In this document: positions 12,794 to 25,701 of the stretch, in pieces
Position numbering within the stretch: position 1 is the stretch's first letter
Layout of the letters: every line of letters starts with the position of its first letter
Source of the DNA: Gonapodya sp. JEL0774
Lineage: Eukaryota
Length of the DNA: 64,000 bases
Assembly (NCBI GenBank): GCA_027604505.1
Contig: JADIIX010000013.1
Coordinates: forward strand, 1 to 64,000
Direction: 5' to 3'
Position numbers and translations under genes: made by a program
The notes under the pieces: generated by a model
The model's input: only the letters and a program-made list of their open reading frames with translations
The model's database searches: none
What the model was told of the DNA's origin: nothing

Positions 12794-13605
12794 AAGGTCC
12801 CAGAACTAGACGCAAATGTCCAAATGATCTAAGGCAGTGAAAGTTATGAATTCGGTCTAAGATTGCTTGCGCACCAAGTGTAGCATGTCAGCAGTAAATC
12901 TATCCAAAATTTACACTGTGTGATTTTCTCTTGACAGTAATTGGGACTGTCTATAACCCACAGAGTACTGAGGTCATGACCTTGATAGATATGACCCACA
13001 GTCAAATACACTCTCTTACATTCTCTGCTTCAAAATTGTCCCCAAGAACGACCCCCGCTGTAATCCCTCGTTTTTGAATCATGTCACTTCGCGTGGATGC
13101 CCTCTGGGTCTTCCTCCCGCAGGCCCCCGAGCAGTCTTTGAGTTTGTAGCTCACTTCATCCTGATATCTCGCTCAGATTTTCGATTATCTGGATCAAATG
13201 GATATATCAACTCTCTATCAAGAGTTAAACTATTGTCTCCCTGCTTCTGTGTCTGTCTCCTGCCCTCTTGACTTGGTACTACCTCCCCAATCAGTACATC
13301 ATCTTAATACTACCTATTTCAAAGTCCCTTAATCATCACAAGATCACGCTACGCAAATGAAATGTCACTAGACTATGATGTTTGGTGCCTTATCTTCGAC
13401 CTTTCCTCCTTTGTGGACTTTGACCGGCTCCGTTCAGGGTATCTTCAAGGTTTACACAAATGAAATCACTCTTTTCCACAATCCAGGGCGTTTCAAGAGT
13501 GTCAACGACACTTCATATGCTGCAAAGGAGTGTGAGGATAATGAAAGACAACGGAAAAATCTATTCTGAAAAGACTGGGCTCTGCTCCATTAGCTACCTC
13601 AACTA

Positions 13606-14578
13606 CTACTTGCTACTCTGTTCTTTGATAAGCTCCTTCTGAAGTTTGTCCAAGGACCATTTCTCATCCAACCGACGAGTCTCAAGAGCTTCTACTGCCC
13701 TCTCCACACCTCCCTCCTTCTCCTTCAGGTCCTCAATGGCCTTGTACAACACCTTCCGCCGACAGGCAAATCGTGAATCTCCAACTCGCCATTGTGCTCC
13801 AAAGTGCTTCTCCAGCTCCTTCACTGGTGGGCCACCTGTGTGTCCATCTATGTACTCAGACCAGCCATCGGGGACTGTCTTGATTGAACAATTGAACTTG
13901 TACTTGGGCATTTCACCACCTCTGGGCCAACAAACCCAGAAGTGGCCCTCTCAGGCTCACCCTCCTCCTCCTCCTCGTTTGCAGCATCAGCACAATTTGG
14001 GTCTCGACCACTCCCAATCTGTTCCTGATCATGCTCACGTTGACCCGCTTCACTTGAGTGGTTTGCAGCTGATCTGCCCTGTGTTCGTAGCTCACGGCTT
14101 CCTCTGCTGCTCTGACCCCCACTCCCTGCCAAAGAAGACGCATCAATTGCCGTCAGCGTCTCCGTAAATGAACAAATTCCATTTTCTAGTGCCTTCAGCA
14201 TTGTATTGTTCACTTGAACAAGAGACAAAACCTAACCCCTCCTGTCCTACTTGTCACTTCTGCAAATAAATCGTCGATCCCGGGAAATATCAGTGACGGC
14301 AGATCTTCATCGGGAAGCACAACATTGCGAGGTAAGAAGTATGTTTTGGTGTCCTTCCTTTCCATTTCTTTTCCAGCGCAATGAGATTCGGAGCCTGCCT
14401 TTAAAGAACGATAGTTCCGCGAGTTGAAGCTCCTCGAACACCTGCAATCTTGGAAGAGAGATGGAGTTCCGTTTGACTTCTGCATAGTTGGCAAGATTGT
14501 AGACAAAAATCCGTGCTTGAGTGGTGGGGAAAGGTCCGTGGCGTGTGGTTGGTAGACCACAAAGGTCACCTTGCGCAC
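13606..14578 (-). pseudogene. Crypton-like / NDC10-GCR1_C domain remnant, frameshifted
   Basis: YKFNCSIKTVPDGWSEYIDG...PVKELEKHFGAQWR...RRKVLYKAI resembles GCR1_C; upstream YFLPRNVVLPDEDLPSLIFPGID resembles the segment after the Crypton/Ndc10 recombinase domain; split over three frames. Confidence 0.7.
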
Positions 14579-14953
14579 GATAATATTATTATTTACATAA
14601 GGTCATGTAACATGTTGGTTTCTAGAGCACTGCGGTGATGTTATCTGCATGTTTATTCACCGTGGGTCATGACCTGCCCTTGGTGACCCATGACCCACAG
14701 TGCGCAGACTGTCAGGTGTGCTGGTACTGGCTTGGTGGCTTCACTCAAGGACACACACACAACCTGGAGCATTGAAACCGGGCAACGTCAAACGGGATAG
14801 AAAGCTTGCAAAATAGTTAAGAGCTATAATACTGCTGTGTAAAACAAACCAGATTTCATGATAGATCTCTATTCAGGGTTGGATATCAATTGATCTTCAA
14901 TGAAAACACATCGCAACACCCATCTTCAGCATTGCCTATGTGGAAACGGCAGG

Positions 14954-16300
14954 TTAGCCCTCCTGTCCGACCTTCCTGGCCTCCTCATTGCTCACCTCTG
15001 TCCTTGCCACACTGCCACACCCATCCTCAGAGCCACCATGGCCCTGTGGAGGGTGGCGCTTCCCTTGTAGAGCCAGACCTGCGTAGGGCGCTTTTTGGCA
15101 AGCAGGATAATGAAGGTGGGGGATGGGTCGAGGACTCGAGGTGGTAGGGGATGAAAGCCTTCTCATGGGAGGTGTATAAGAGGAAGGGGCTCACGGGGGA
15201 CAGGGTCAGTGTGGAGGAGGGGCACGTGGGCATGAGGTACATGGGGAAGAACAAGCTGTGTGGTTTGGCGTGGTGGGGGCAGGGGGGGAATGGTGAGTGT
15301 GTGTGAGACCAGCATAGCTTTTGTACGTGCACCCCAAAACAATCCGCTCAACTAACTGCCCCTTCACCACCTCGTGCATCTTCAACTCCCCCCCCCCCCC
15401 CACCCCCACCCCCCCCACACACCCCCACACCCCACTGGCCTGGTACTTGTGTGTGGATCCCACCCCACCGCCGGATTGATGTTTCCAGTGCTCCGCGCAA
15501 ACGCGACTTTGCAATGGCAGGGCGCACAGGAAGGGTACTCGCAGCGTTTTACGCCAACGTGAGTTTTCCCACCAGCCATGGGACTGCAGGTGGGAGGTGC
15601 GGGGTGGGGTCGGAGCATGGTGTGGCGGAGGCAGAGGCAGGGGACAGGGAGGAGGACTGAGGACGAGGGGGGACAGGGAATGGTGGGCAAAGCAAGTGGG
15701 CAGTGGTGAGTGACACTTGGGGTTCAGAGTTGCAGAGTACCGGCTTGCGTCCAGTACGAGGGATAACTCACGTACAAGCTTTTCTGTGATGAGGGAGGCG
15801 GAGTGGAGGAGGGGCGAAGGAGGATGGAAGGGTTAGGTGGTTATGGATTTGGATGTGGTGGGCTGGTGGGGGCGGGGGCGGTGTACCAGATGGGGAGGAG
15901 ATGCTGCAGACAAAGAAGATGGCGGGGTGGTTGTGTTTGGACCATCTCCTGCCCCCGCTCCTGCTCTTTCTTATCCAGTCCCCGCCCTTGCTCCTCCTGT
16001 AGGTGCTTCATGTGTCTTGCCCTTCCCGTCCTCGCCTTTCCCATACTTGCTTTTAACGTCCGTCCTTCCCATGACCTTGCCTTTCTCATCTTCGTCCTTG
16101 CTTCGCTTGTTTGTGTTTATCCCGTCCTTGCATCTCCCGTCTGTGCATCTCTTGTCCCATCCTCGCTGCTCCTGCCCTCGCTTCTTTCCTCCTTGCCACC
16201 CCACTGTGCTTCTCCCCGTACTTGCTTCCCCTGTCCTCGATTTCTCGTAGTCATTTCGCCTGTTGTTGCTCGTCCCGTCTTCACTTCTCCTGTCCAATCC
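14954..16300 (-). other. Possible spliced gene or gene remnant with a charged low-complexity region and a Cys-rich exon; product unknown
   Basis: K/E/R/G-rich frames at 15841-16297; HVGVKRCEYPSCAPCHCKVAF segment; poly-G/C intron-like tracts. Confidence 0.25.
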
Positions 16301-17937
16301 CTCCCGTCTCCTTCTCTCAGTTTGTCCCTTTAGACATTTCTCCCCTTCGGCCCTTCCCCCTCTCTTTTGCTCCCATCTCTCACATTCTCCCGCTTCTCAT
16401 CTGCCGTTTGCTCCTCATCCCTTCCTTCCGACCTCCTGAATCATTTCTCAAGCTTCCAATCGTCCTCTGACCGCGACAAACAATCGGCAAACACTCACTT
16501 AGAAAATCTAATTTTCATTTTCCGATAGATTTGACGAGGAAAGAGAATTTCCCTCGTGGCTGACCGTTCTTTGGATTCGGGTTTCATTTCCGAATAGGGT
16601 GATTGATGTAGAGAAACCCGCTGGTGGTTTAGAGCGCAGAGCTCATTGTATATCGTCTCCGTAATGCAAAAATGCCGCAAAAGCGGCGCGAGGTACCCTA
16701 ATGTGGATGAAGTGTGAGAGGCTCAATCATCGTGTCTGGAAGGGGGAAGAACGAGTCAAGGACGAAACAAAAACACATCAGCGACCCAAAGGCGCAAATA
16801 CTTTCCATTTGGGGCCATAAAATGGTCCTCCAATGCCCGAGAACGACTGTCCTCACGACTCTGGATCCAACCCAAACAGACAGAGACCAACGTAAAGACG
16901 GGGGCGCTCGCTGAAGAGCAATCCACATTCTAGGGTTGATTTGCTTGGAACAAGAGAAATTCGGCGTTGGATCGGGTCAAAATGGAGTTTTAGCGGTCCG
17001 TGGAAGATAAAATTTTACGTCTCTGTACTTATCAAATTTACATGCCCCACCTTACAACAAATTACATGCGGACCTTGCGCCCTTTGACATGGGCTGAATG
17101 CCGGTCTTTCGCTTTGGGTTAGACCGACTCGACGAGACCGGCTCTGTCTCGCGCTGGTGGCTTCAAGTGTTCATGCTTGGGTCGAATCGATATTCAAACC
17201 TCTTCGGAAAGCATTCCACTCAAGCAGTCTTCGGATACGTATGTCAACTAAGTAACCCTCCTGCCCCAGTGCATTGCCGGGGAGGGTTGTGCGGGCCAAC
17301 GCCTACTACCTTTGTGTTCCGCCTGGTGGTTGTTTGAATAAAAGGCTCTCTGCACAACCCTCGCTCTTGGTTGCATTGTTGTCTGCCCATCTCGACGATA
17401 ATTTGATACACACCCAACACTGGCACTTTGCTCGCACAATCCTGTTTTGCGTGGGCACTCTCAGTTTGTCATTGTGCCGTGGGATGGAGAACGTTACACG
17501 AGCTCTGCTTCTGGGAGTAGTTTTCATCGAATTCTTCGCTCTTGAAAGCCAAATCCTCAAAGATGCCGATTTAGGAACGGTAGAACTATCATTTGTAGAA
17601 TGTGATATTGTTATCATCAAGCCAGTGGCTGAAGCTATGTTCGCCCTCTTCGAATTGACGGGGGTTATTTCCTGGTGGTGAAGCTGCCTTCTCTTCGCAC
17701 CGCAAGACACCATTCTTCGCAGATGATCACTGAGCCGCATCGTGCAGCCTGTTTAAATGCGACAAATGGACGACAATTATCAACTCGCAATCGAAGTACC
17801 TTTTGATACACACACTTTCTCCAGATCACTTGACACCTGAGAAAGGCAGGTAAGTGAGAGCAGGTCTGTACCTTACGGTGATCCCTTGTTTCAACTCTCT
17901 CCCGTTAACCCTCCACGTCTGATCACCATCATCTATC

Positions 17938-20349
17938 ATGACAACTCAGGACAAGTCACCGATGAACACTTCGGGGAGGAATCCAGAATCATCAACATTC
18001 AGTCAGAGCATTCCGAAGACCGAACCGAGTGCACCTGTAGATGAAGAGTTGGCTCATCAGGTTCAATCAATGAACAACCGGGGTATCCCTTTAAAGTGGA
18101 TTATTTCAGTACTTCTACTTGTCAAGTAAGTGGTCTGAGCGCTGTTGTCAAGTGAGCTCTTATGTCAACTACCATTAACATCTTCAACTTCTTTTCCAAC
18201 TTCTCCTCCTTTCTCGTTGTCTCCGCAGTGTGGTGGTCATTGCTGTGCCATCAATAACGTTGGGAGCCATAACGAACAACCAAAGTATCTCCACTGCTTC
18301 AGAGACAGGTAAGAAGCCTGAAAGTTTCTGCTTGACTTGTGTGCGTGTGCTCAATGCAGTTCATGTCTGCCCCGCTGATGGCGAAAATCCCTTGTAGCGT
18401 CAAAAAACATCGCAGATCTCGCCACAATTATACAATCTGATTCCAGTAGATCAATCAGCACATATCTGAGTATGTCTGTTCTTTGTTTGTTTGAACAGTG
18501 AGCCTACGCTGATTTGTTCTGTCTTCAAAGCATCCTATTTCACAACTGTGAGTTTAATTATAAACTTATCAACATCTTCTCACTCTCTAAAGTCGTGTTT
18601 GATATCACTGTTTCAAACAGGCGGGAGTGTACCTCCAAAGTGTTGTCGATGTGATCAACCATGGGATCGTGGATCTCAAAGATGTTGAGTGAGAGTTGTT
18701 CAAAAGTTGCAACAACCTTTCCTTTTTGTAATGCGCTGATTGATCTTCAAAGCCGCCTGGTGCCGTTCATGAAAGATGGCGTGCAGACGATTGGTTTGAA
18801 AGGTGAAAGCAAATGCTGGTGGCATCTTTGATATCAAATTTCTTAACTGTATTGTTTCAATGAAGCCAATGTTCAAGTTACGGTGCTTGCGCTTCGGAAT
18901 CCCCCTGTTGTAATTGCTCTCCAACCAATCATCGGACCCAATGCCACTCAAGTCGGCATGATTCAAACTTGGGCGACGAACAACTTTACCTGCATGAAGT
19001 TCTGTCCGGTAAGAAATACAAACGGATCCTTGAACGGGTACCTGATGGACGAAGTTAATGGCATCACGACTGGATCACCATTATTTTCAGTGAGTCTGGA
19101 GCGGACATTGCAGCATGGTGAAACAAAATTGAATACTGTTTCTTGCATTAGCTCCCATTCAATGTTACTTTTGTGGTCAACCGTGATGTCAACTTCACCA
19201 CACCTCAGATTGTGGAGCCCTATATCTCCCCAGATGGGACCCAAAAAGTAGTTCAGGCGATTCTTTTGTCAGTTTGGGATCCTGTTGCTCCACTTGCTAC
19301 GGGAAATGAACATGCTGCGTATATATCCCAGCAAATTTCTGTGGAGAACCTGAGCGGTGTGCTGGATAACTTGAAGCAATTATCTGGAACGCCAAACTCT
19401 ACTTTTTACTTGTTAACATCTCAAGGGTCAGTAATGGCAATGTCAGGATTGGGGAATGCAACTGAACAAAATCGAGTGAGCCAGACTTATCGGTGCATTT
19501 CAAAACTATCTTATGCACACGTCATGTCAGGCCCTCGTCACACAAGACTCCATGGGTGGCCATCCAAAGACAATGTTCGAGCTTTCAGAAAACGAATACC
19601 CCTTCTTCAACTATACAGCACAAATACTTCTAAAGTATGCGAACAATGATTTGGCATCCAACTTCAAGGACCACCAATGGCGTCAAGGTGGTTATATGTT
19701 TCAAGTCACTTCCGTTGTCTTGTACAATTTCAAGTATATAATTGTCTCCGGCGCGTGAGTACTCAGACAAAAAACCACATCAGCTTCAAACCTAACAATT
19801 ATTTCAAACTGGTAGGCCAGAAGCAGATTATCTAGGCGAAACGCTTTTTCTGTCACAGAAGCTTTCCAGTATTGCGAACAGAGGAGTTGTAATTCTGTCT
19901 ATATCCAGTAAGTTGATGGTTCAGTCATTTTACTATTTTGGTAGTGGACCAATCAAACCCCTCAGTTTCTGCGATCGTCCTTGCTCTCACATTTCTCTCC
20001 GTGACATTTACTAATCGATACATCTCAACGCCCCTTGCTGTCATTTTGGAGGCGATGAAAAAGGCAGTGAAGTTTGATTTTTCCGCTGTTCGCAATGGAG
20101 GTCTTGTGGTCAATCAATCAATTGTCAGAGAGATTGGGGTCACTCAAAGTAACTTCTTGGAGCTGCTGAAATCTTTTGCTGATTCTCTGAAGCGTGAGTC
20201 TGGACGCTCCTCTCTGACTTGCTGTAATTGTGTTTATCGACAAAATTGATTGGTCTTCAGAGAATAAACAGCTCATGCGAAACAGTCCATCCGGAACAGC
20301 CAGCACCAACAAGACCAATAATGTAAAGACTTCGGCACCTCTAAACTAG
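17938..20349 (+). CDS. Multi-exon two-TM sensor-like protein: TM1, extracytoplasmic (Cache-like) domain, TM2, HAMP-like linker, short tail
   Basis: GT-AG exons join as IPLKWIISVLLLV/VVVIAVPSITLG (TM1), EPYISP...FYLLTSQGSVMAMS, KYIIVSGAPEADYL, AIVLALTFLSVTFTNRYISTPLAVILEAMKKAVKFDF...SIVREIG...FLELLKSF, stop at 20347-20349. Confidence 0.7.
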
Positions 20350-21035
20350 GGTATAACACGTTTGTCAACGAGTATTGTAAAAGAGGTTAAATTGGAACGT
20401 GAAATCACAATCAATTTGCTCTCTCGTTCCCCATGTTTCTTATTCCCCTGCAACCCTCTTTTCATTCCCACTGCCACGTAGGCTCTCGTGTTCTCAGTGA
20501 CAGCGTGGGTAAGCTCGATCATAAAGCCTGCGATCATTCGTAAGGTTGTGCATCTGTGGTGACGGAGTAAAGCACACAGGTGAATTGGCCTGACCGCTCC
20601 TGGCCAGGTACGTTCTACCATCGGCTATTTTCTGATGACTGGGGAATCTCACACACCATCTCTTTCCTTGCCCAGGATCCATGTCCCAGCCTCTTCCCCG
20701 CCCTCCTTGCCCTTCAAAACTGCACCCTGTCACGTTTTTTACACCCACCCTGGAGAGTGCCCCGACCCTGTAAAGTACTCCACCCACCCTTAGATCCATG
20801 ATACTGAAGATTAATCTTTTGTTTCAAGAGTATATTAATTTCATTAATGAACAAAGACATGGTACGACCCGTAGTCTTTTGTAGACCCCGACCCTACTGC
20901 AGCCCCTTCTGGGTGTCACCCCCCTTGCATTCCCCCTTCCCCTATTACTCCCACGCAAGATCCCACTTGCAGTACCTCTCCCCCTCTCACTTGTAGACCC
21001 ACAAGTTACAAGGCATGGACGCTTAGGGTTTGGAT

Positions 21036-22666
21036 CTAGTCAATGAAGGAGATTAAGAACAGCACATGCAGTATAGACATTTCAGGTGTACTTACCAGAA
21101 TCTGAATCATCTCCCTTCCGATGAGGGACTTGCGTGGTGTCGGGAGCAAGAGGTCTGGCACGGTGTGGTGTAGATTGAGGTTTCGGAGTATTGTGGTACT
21201 GACACTTCGCACAGGGCCCATGGCAGCTATGGCATCCTGTGCCAATGTTCCCAGGGCAACGGAGGGAACCTTCTGCTGAGTCACAGCGAGGATGTCAGTG
21301 ATTGACACGACCGTTGCTCGACGCACTGGGTACGATGAGTTCTCGAGTGTGTGCTTATAAACAGGATGTAGGAGATTATGATCAAGATCACGAACAGCGG
21401 GTGGTGGTGATAATCTTGTTTGGGTGATGATGGAACGACATCTACCACGAACGATGCATGGAGTCGTTGTCTGCCCCCCTTCTCACTACCTCCGGTCTCT
21501 TAACTCACCTCAGCAGTAACCCTTCGAATTCCCATAACTACAATTTTCAGTCCCTCGCTGCAGGCCTTGAGCACTTCCATCGCCTGCAACAAGTTCACCT
21601 TCGTTCCACCACCAAGAACAGCTTTTGTTATGGCGACTGACGATTCGAAGCGCTGGGGAACGAGACTCAAAGCACTTGGTGGATGACAACGAGCTGTTGA
21701 AGTCAACATGTGAACCATTAGGGAGAGGGAATATGGGAGAAGAGTGTAAATCGGGGCGGGGAAGTGATGATGAAGCACCCCGAGAGTGGACGAGTTGGCA
21801 CTGGGTGATTTAGAGTGAAAGTTTGTCAATAGGATGCGATTGTTCCGTTTCGGGAGATTGAAGCACATCCCGTGACTAACATCTTCGCCGTCACGTCCTT
21901 CTCGTTGACTACGTACTTTCGGGAGCTCCTTTTGAAGCGCGACGACCACGTCAAATAAATTCTTCTCCCCGCCGTATGTGAAGAGCACCCAAAAGCATCT
22001 TGCCACCGATGATCGAATGGCACTTGTTGGGCGTGGAACGCTCGGTTGTGCATCCGCCGAGTTGGATGGTGAAGTTGTAGCGAGAGCCGCGGTGGAAGGA
22101 AAGGATGGGGGAAGTGTGAGAACTCTCAATAATGTTTTTTCGATATCCGCCTCCTGATGTGGCTTGATAGCAGACTGGTACAATAGCGTAGTGTCCCGGC
22201 GTTTCGGTAACCGGAATGACCCGATAAATGGAACGGCGTGAGCGCATTTCTACGAGAAACTTTACGTAAAGCACACTCCTCACCTTCGCTGCCCTCCTGA
22301 GTGCCTTCTCGAGTGCACTTAGCCAAATAGATTGCTATCTCACATATCCTGTTTTCCACCAGGAAACAGTTTGCTCTCCTCAAGCACCCCAACTGGGACA
22401 TCCAGCTGACCCAAAGAAGTTTGCTCTGCCAACCTCACTCGCTTCATAGACGTGGTGCGGGAGGCATCAGGCGAATGCGGGCCAACAGACGATGACGGTG
22501 TAGCTCCAATGGACGCCGAGAATGTCACAGTGAATGTGGCAGGGACCTCTGATAAAGAGGAAGTAGAACTGGAGGGTCGTCCATTGGCGCCGAAGTCAGC
22601 GGAGAAAGCGCTCATGCAAGTGGTCTTCCAATTTTGGTTAGCTTCACGGCAACTGCGTACTTTCAT
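21036..22666 (-). pseudogene. HEAT-repeat protein N-terminal fragment, HEATR5/Laa1-like, apparently truncated
   Basis: ADIEKTLLRVLT...IRSSVARCFWVLFTYGGEKNLFDVVVALQKEL and VRRATVVSITDILA helical repeats; only a few hundred codons visible. Confidence 0.4.
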
Positions 22667-23013
22667 GGTTCCGGGTCGCGATCACGGGAGGTGGATGTGT
22701 GAGGAGTGGAAGAGGGGGACCTGTGTCTGGTTCGGGCCCCTTCCCAGGTGTCTCTGTACGCGGGCGCTGGCGGGACAGGGCCGTAGACAAGGGCCTGGAG
22801 AGAGATGTTGACATTGATTTTGGGGAGTGACGGGAGGAGTTACGCTTTGGTACACAGGTTGGTCTAGCGATAGATGGGGTAACTGGGAAGCACGGAGCAG
22901 GGTTTTCTGACTGTTAGGCGAGGCGTCTTCTCGCCAAAACATATGCAGACCCACACTGGCCAACCCACCTCTCCCTCCCCTCGCCCACGCGGTCTCCCTT
23001 CTAACACCACAAA

Positions 23014-23604
23014 ATGTCCTCCCATATCTCCCTCCTCCTAATCTTGGCGATTCTCCAGCTCGGGATCCACGTCCTCACCCTCCCGCCTCTTGAGGCTCGC
23101 TCTCCGGATCCTACCCGCAGCCGCCTCCCTTCCGCCACCGCCCCCAACCCTGTGCACTTCTTGCAGAATTACCCCAGCGAAGTCGGTCCTTCATGCGTCG
23201 TACGTCACGGGCCCAGACACGTCACCTTTCCGCCGAGATGGTGCGGGGCTCCGTTCCCTGTCCCTGTCCCTGTCGTGATTCAGCTGAGTGTCCCGCACCA
23301 ATTCGCGGGCCACGTCTTTGCATTGGTCTCGCTTGCGGGGATGGGCGGGCAGGGGTACATGGCTAACTCCCCCCACACCGACATTACCAGACCCACCGTC
23401 CTCCCGCTCTCTTATCCTGTCACCACCAGTGCCCCACACGTCCCGCATACCATTCCCGCTCGAGCGCCACACCGCCACCTCCACTCGGCCCCCTTTCCCT
23501 CCCACCACCAGCCCGAGGTGGAGACATCAGCAACAGGACCCATCACCGTACGGGGGTTGGTGGGCGAGCCTTACATGTCATTGTCACTGCAAATAAAAGT
23601 ATAG
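23014..23604 (+). CDS. Possible small secreted Pro-rich protein
   Basis: ATG followed by signal-peptide-like MSSHISLLLILAILQLGIHVLT; the rest is low complexity. Confidence 0.25.
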   Translation: MSSHISLLLILAILQLGIHVLTLPPLEARSPDPTRSRLPSATAPNPVHFLQNYPSEVGPSCVVRHGPRHVTFPPRWCGAPFPVPVPVVIQLSVPHQFAGHVFALVSLAGMGGQGYMANSPHTDITRPTVLPLSYPVTTSAPHVPHTIPARAPHRHLHSAPFPSHHQPEVETSATGPITVRGLVGEPYMSLSLQIKV

Positions 23605-23902
23605 CAAACCGCATCGCAACCCCACACCCCTGCCACAAAGTCGCCCAAGCGTTACCACACTAAACTTCGCTCCCACGCAAGAACGTGCACCACTAAGCGG
23701 CTTATCGGAATACGAGAATGCATGTGGTTCGGTGTTCTTCAATAGTCTACCCCGGGGAACGGAAGCCACATGTGTCCGTCCCATTCAGTCACTCGCAATT
23801 CTCAAATCCTTGGTGCAGTCTTTCCTTTGTCCGCAGTTATGCTTCATGGAACAGGCCTAGATTTGGAACTTTGGATGACAACACAAACATCGCTGCTAAT
23901 AC

Positions 23903-25576
23903 TTGATGACAGTCGTTAGAGTCCTACCCGACCGGCGCTCTCGGTTGACTACTTCTCAAGCTCAGCCTTTAAGCTCGCGGATAGCGGGAAAGCCAGAAGA
24001 CATATCCCTCTCCGCCTTCACCGCCCACCGCACCCAACAACCGACACCGAATCATCTAGTCCCTAAACCACACTCGAAAGGGCAATCAGTGACCTCACTA
24101 GTATCGAGTGCCGTGAAAAATGATGGGCATCGGTCGATCCATCCATGGAGGAACGCTGGAAACTCGCAGAAGCCCCCGTTCCTGAAAGAGCTCCCTGCGG
24201 TACGTTGTCGCACTCCCTTCCCTCAAGATTCACTACGTAAAATGTTTTCTTTGTCTGGTCGATTACAGACCAAGTCTTTGTGGTACAGGAGTAAACCGGG
24301 GCAACGACCACCGCCACTCACTAGATCCAACATGAATACCCTGACGCCTCGGCCTTCGGCCATTGTAAAATCAAAAGCAAACGAGAAGCCATGCGATGGA
24401 CGTTCAATCAACTGCCTTTCGCGCGGCACATGGACAAGGTCCGCTCTGTTGCGTGAAGACTCCCAGCTCGCGCAACATGAAAACTCCCAACGTGTATATG
24501 TGAAGAATCTTCGTCCCTTCCGGACGGGGACGACCTGCCTTCTTTCCTCATTTCCTCCGCTTTCTGCGCGGATGTGTCCACTCAAAGGCGCTTCTGAAAG
24601 TGGCACTAGAAGTCCAAAACGGTCCCGACAGACAAACAAGATTTCGCAGAATATTTCGGTTCAACCTGAAGCAACCCCACCAGCGACAACATCATGGTCA
24701 ATTGACATGGCTACGCCAGTGACAACAGCATCTCCGATTCACAGGAGGGCATCATCACTTCCACCAGAAATCTTGTGTCTCATCTTCAGACATTTCCACG
24801 CCAGTTCCCTCTTTTCACGTCTTGCAGCGGTCTGTAGATCGTGGCGTGTCGTAGCAGAACGTTTGATATGGAAACATGAACGACCCGGCATCAAAATCAA
24901 TGTGACAATCCTCGATGGACGCTGTTACAAAATACGCCGCACAGATGGGAAGGAGGATTTGCCTGGATACAGCGTGCTCACAAGAGGTCATCGATTCGCT
25001 CTCTTGGATGGACGCCCGAACGCCCAATTGGCTACACGTGTACTCCGATGCAAAACTGAATACGAGCACAGTGTCTGTATATCACCCGATGAAATTCGGC
25101 GCAGAGCTGTCGTTGAGAATCCACACGAAGATACGCTGGCGGCCCCACTTTTTCGGCGTGACTGCAAGGACGTCTGGGAGGAATTCAGAAAGCGGGGGAC
25201 ATGGCGAGAATGGAGGAAATTGCCAAGACGAACTAAACTTGAATACGGTTTGCTTTCACACATGTATGTGTACTACAAGCCCCCAGGACCAGGTGAGCGT
25301 GTGGTGTGGAATGCCGAGGACATTCGGGAACTGGTTTGTCGTGGTTTGGAGCGGGAACGTGGCAGCCGCTTCATGTGCGAAATCAACTCGGTTTACGTAA
25401 AAAATGCACCAATCGAGCATATACCGACCTACGTTCTCTATATGGGGACATCTAACTTCAGTTCGGGGAATAAGTGGCAGTCGAGTTTCGCTGAGTCGAA
25501 ATCAGCACGCTTGTCGTTTGACCCGAGAATTCCAGAACACTTGTGGAATACATTACCAAAGGCTCCACTGAAATAG
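23903..25576 (+). CDS. F-box protein; real start probably a downstream ATG near 24570-24710
   Basis: SSLPPEILCLIFRHF...LAAVCRSWRVVAERLIWK. Confidence 0.8.
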   Translation: MMTVVRVLPDRRSRLTTSQAQPLSSRIAGKPEDISLSAFTAHRTQQPTPNHLVPKPHSKGQSVTSLVSSAVKNDGHRSIHPWRNAGNSQKPPFLKELPAVRCRTPFPQDSLRKMFSLSGRLQTKSLWYRSKPGQRPPPLTRSNMNTLTPRPSAIVKSKANEKPCDGRSINCLSRGTWTRSALLREDSQLAQHENSQRVYVKNLRPFRTGTTCLLSSFPPLSARMCPLKGASESGTRSPKRSRQTNKISQNISVQPEATPPATTSWSIDMATPVTTASPIHRRASSLPPEILCLIFRHFHASSLFSRLAAVCRSWRVVAERLIWKHERPGIKINVTILDGRCYKIRRTDGKEDLPGYSVLTRGHRFALLDGRPNAQLATRVLRCKTEYEHSVCISPDEIRRRAVVENPHEDTLAAPLFRRDCKDVWEEFRKRGTWREWRKLPRRTKLEYGLLSHMYVYYKPPGPGERVVWNAEDIRELVCRGLERERGSRFMCEINSVYVKNAPIEHIPTYVLYMGTSNFSSGNKWQSSFAESKSARLSFDPRIPEHLWNTLPKAPLK

Positions 25577-25701
25577 AAATAAGAAATGAGAATGCGTTAT
25601 AACATTGCGAAGCCCTCTTTGGCACCTAACAATCGTGGAATATGTGCAAATAGGATGAAATACTGATATATGTGCAATTAATACACAAACCCATGGTCAC
25701 A

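Noticed and set aside
16990..17800. Overlapping ORFs of 130-145 aa
   Set aside because: No recognisable domain or consistent exon structure
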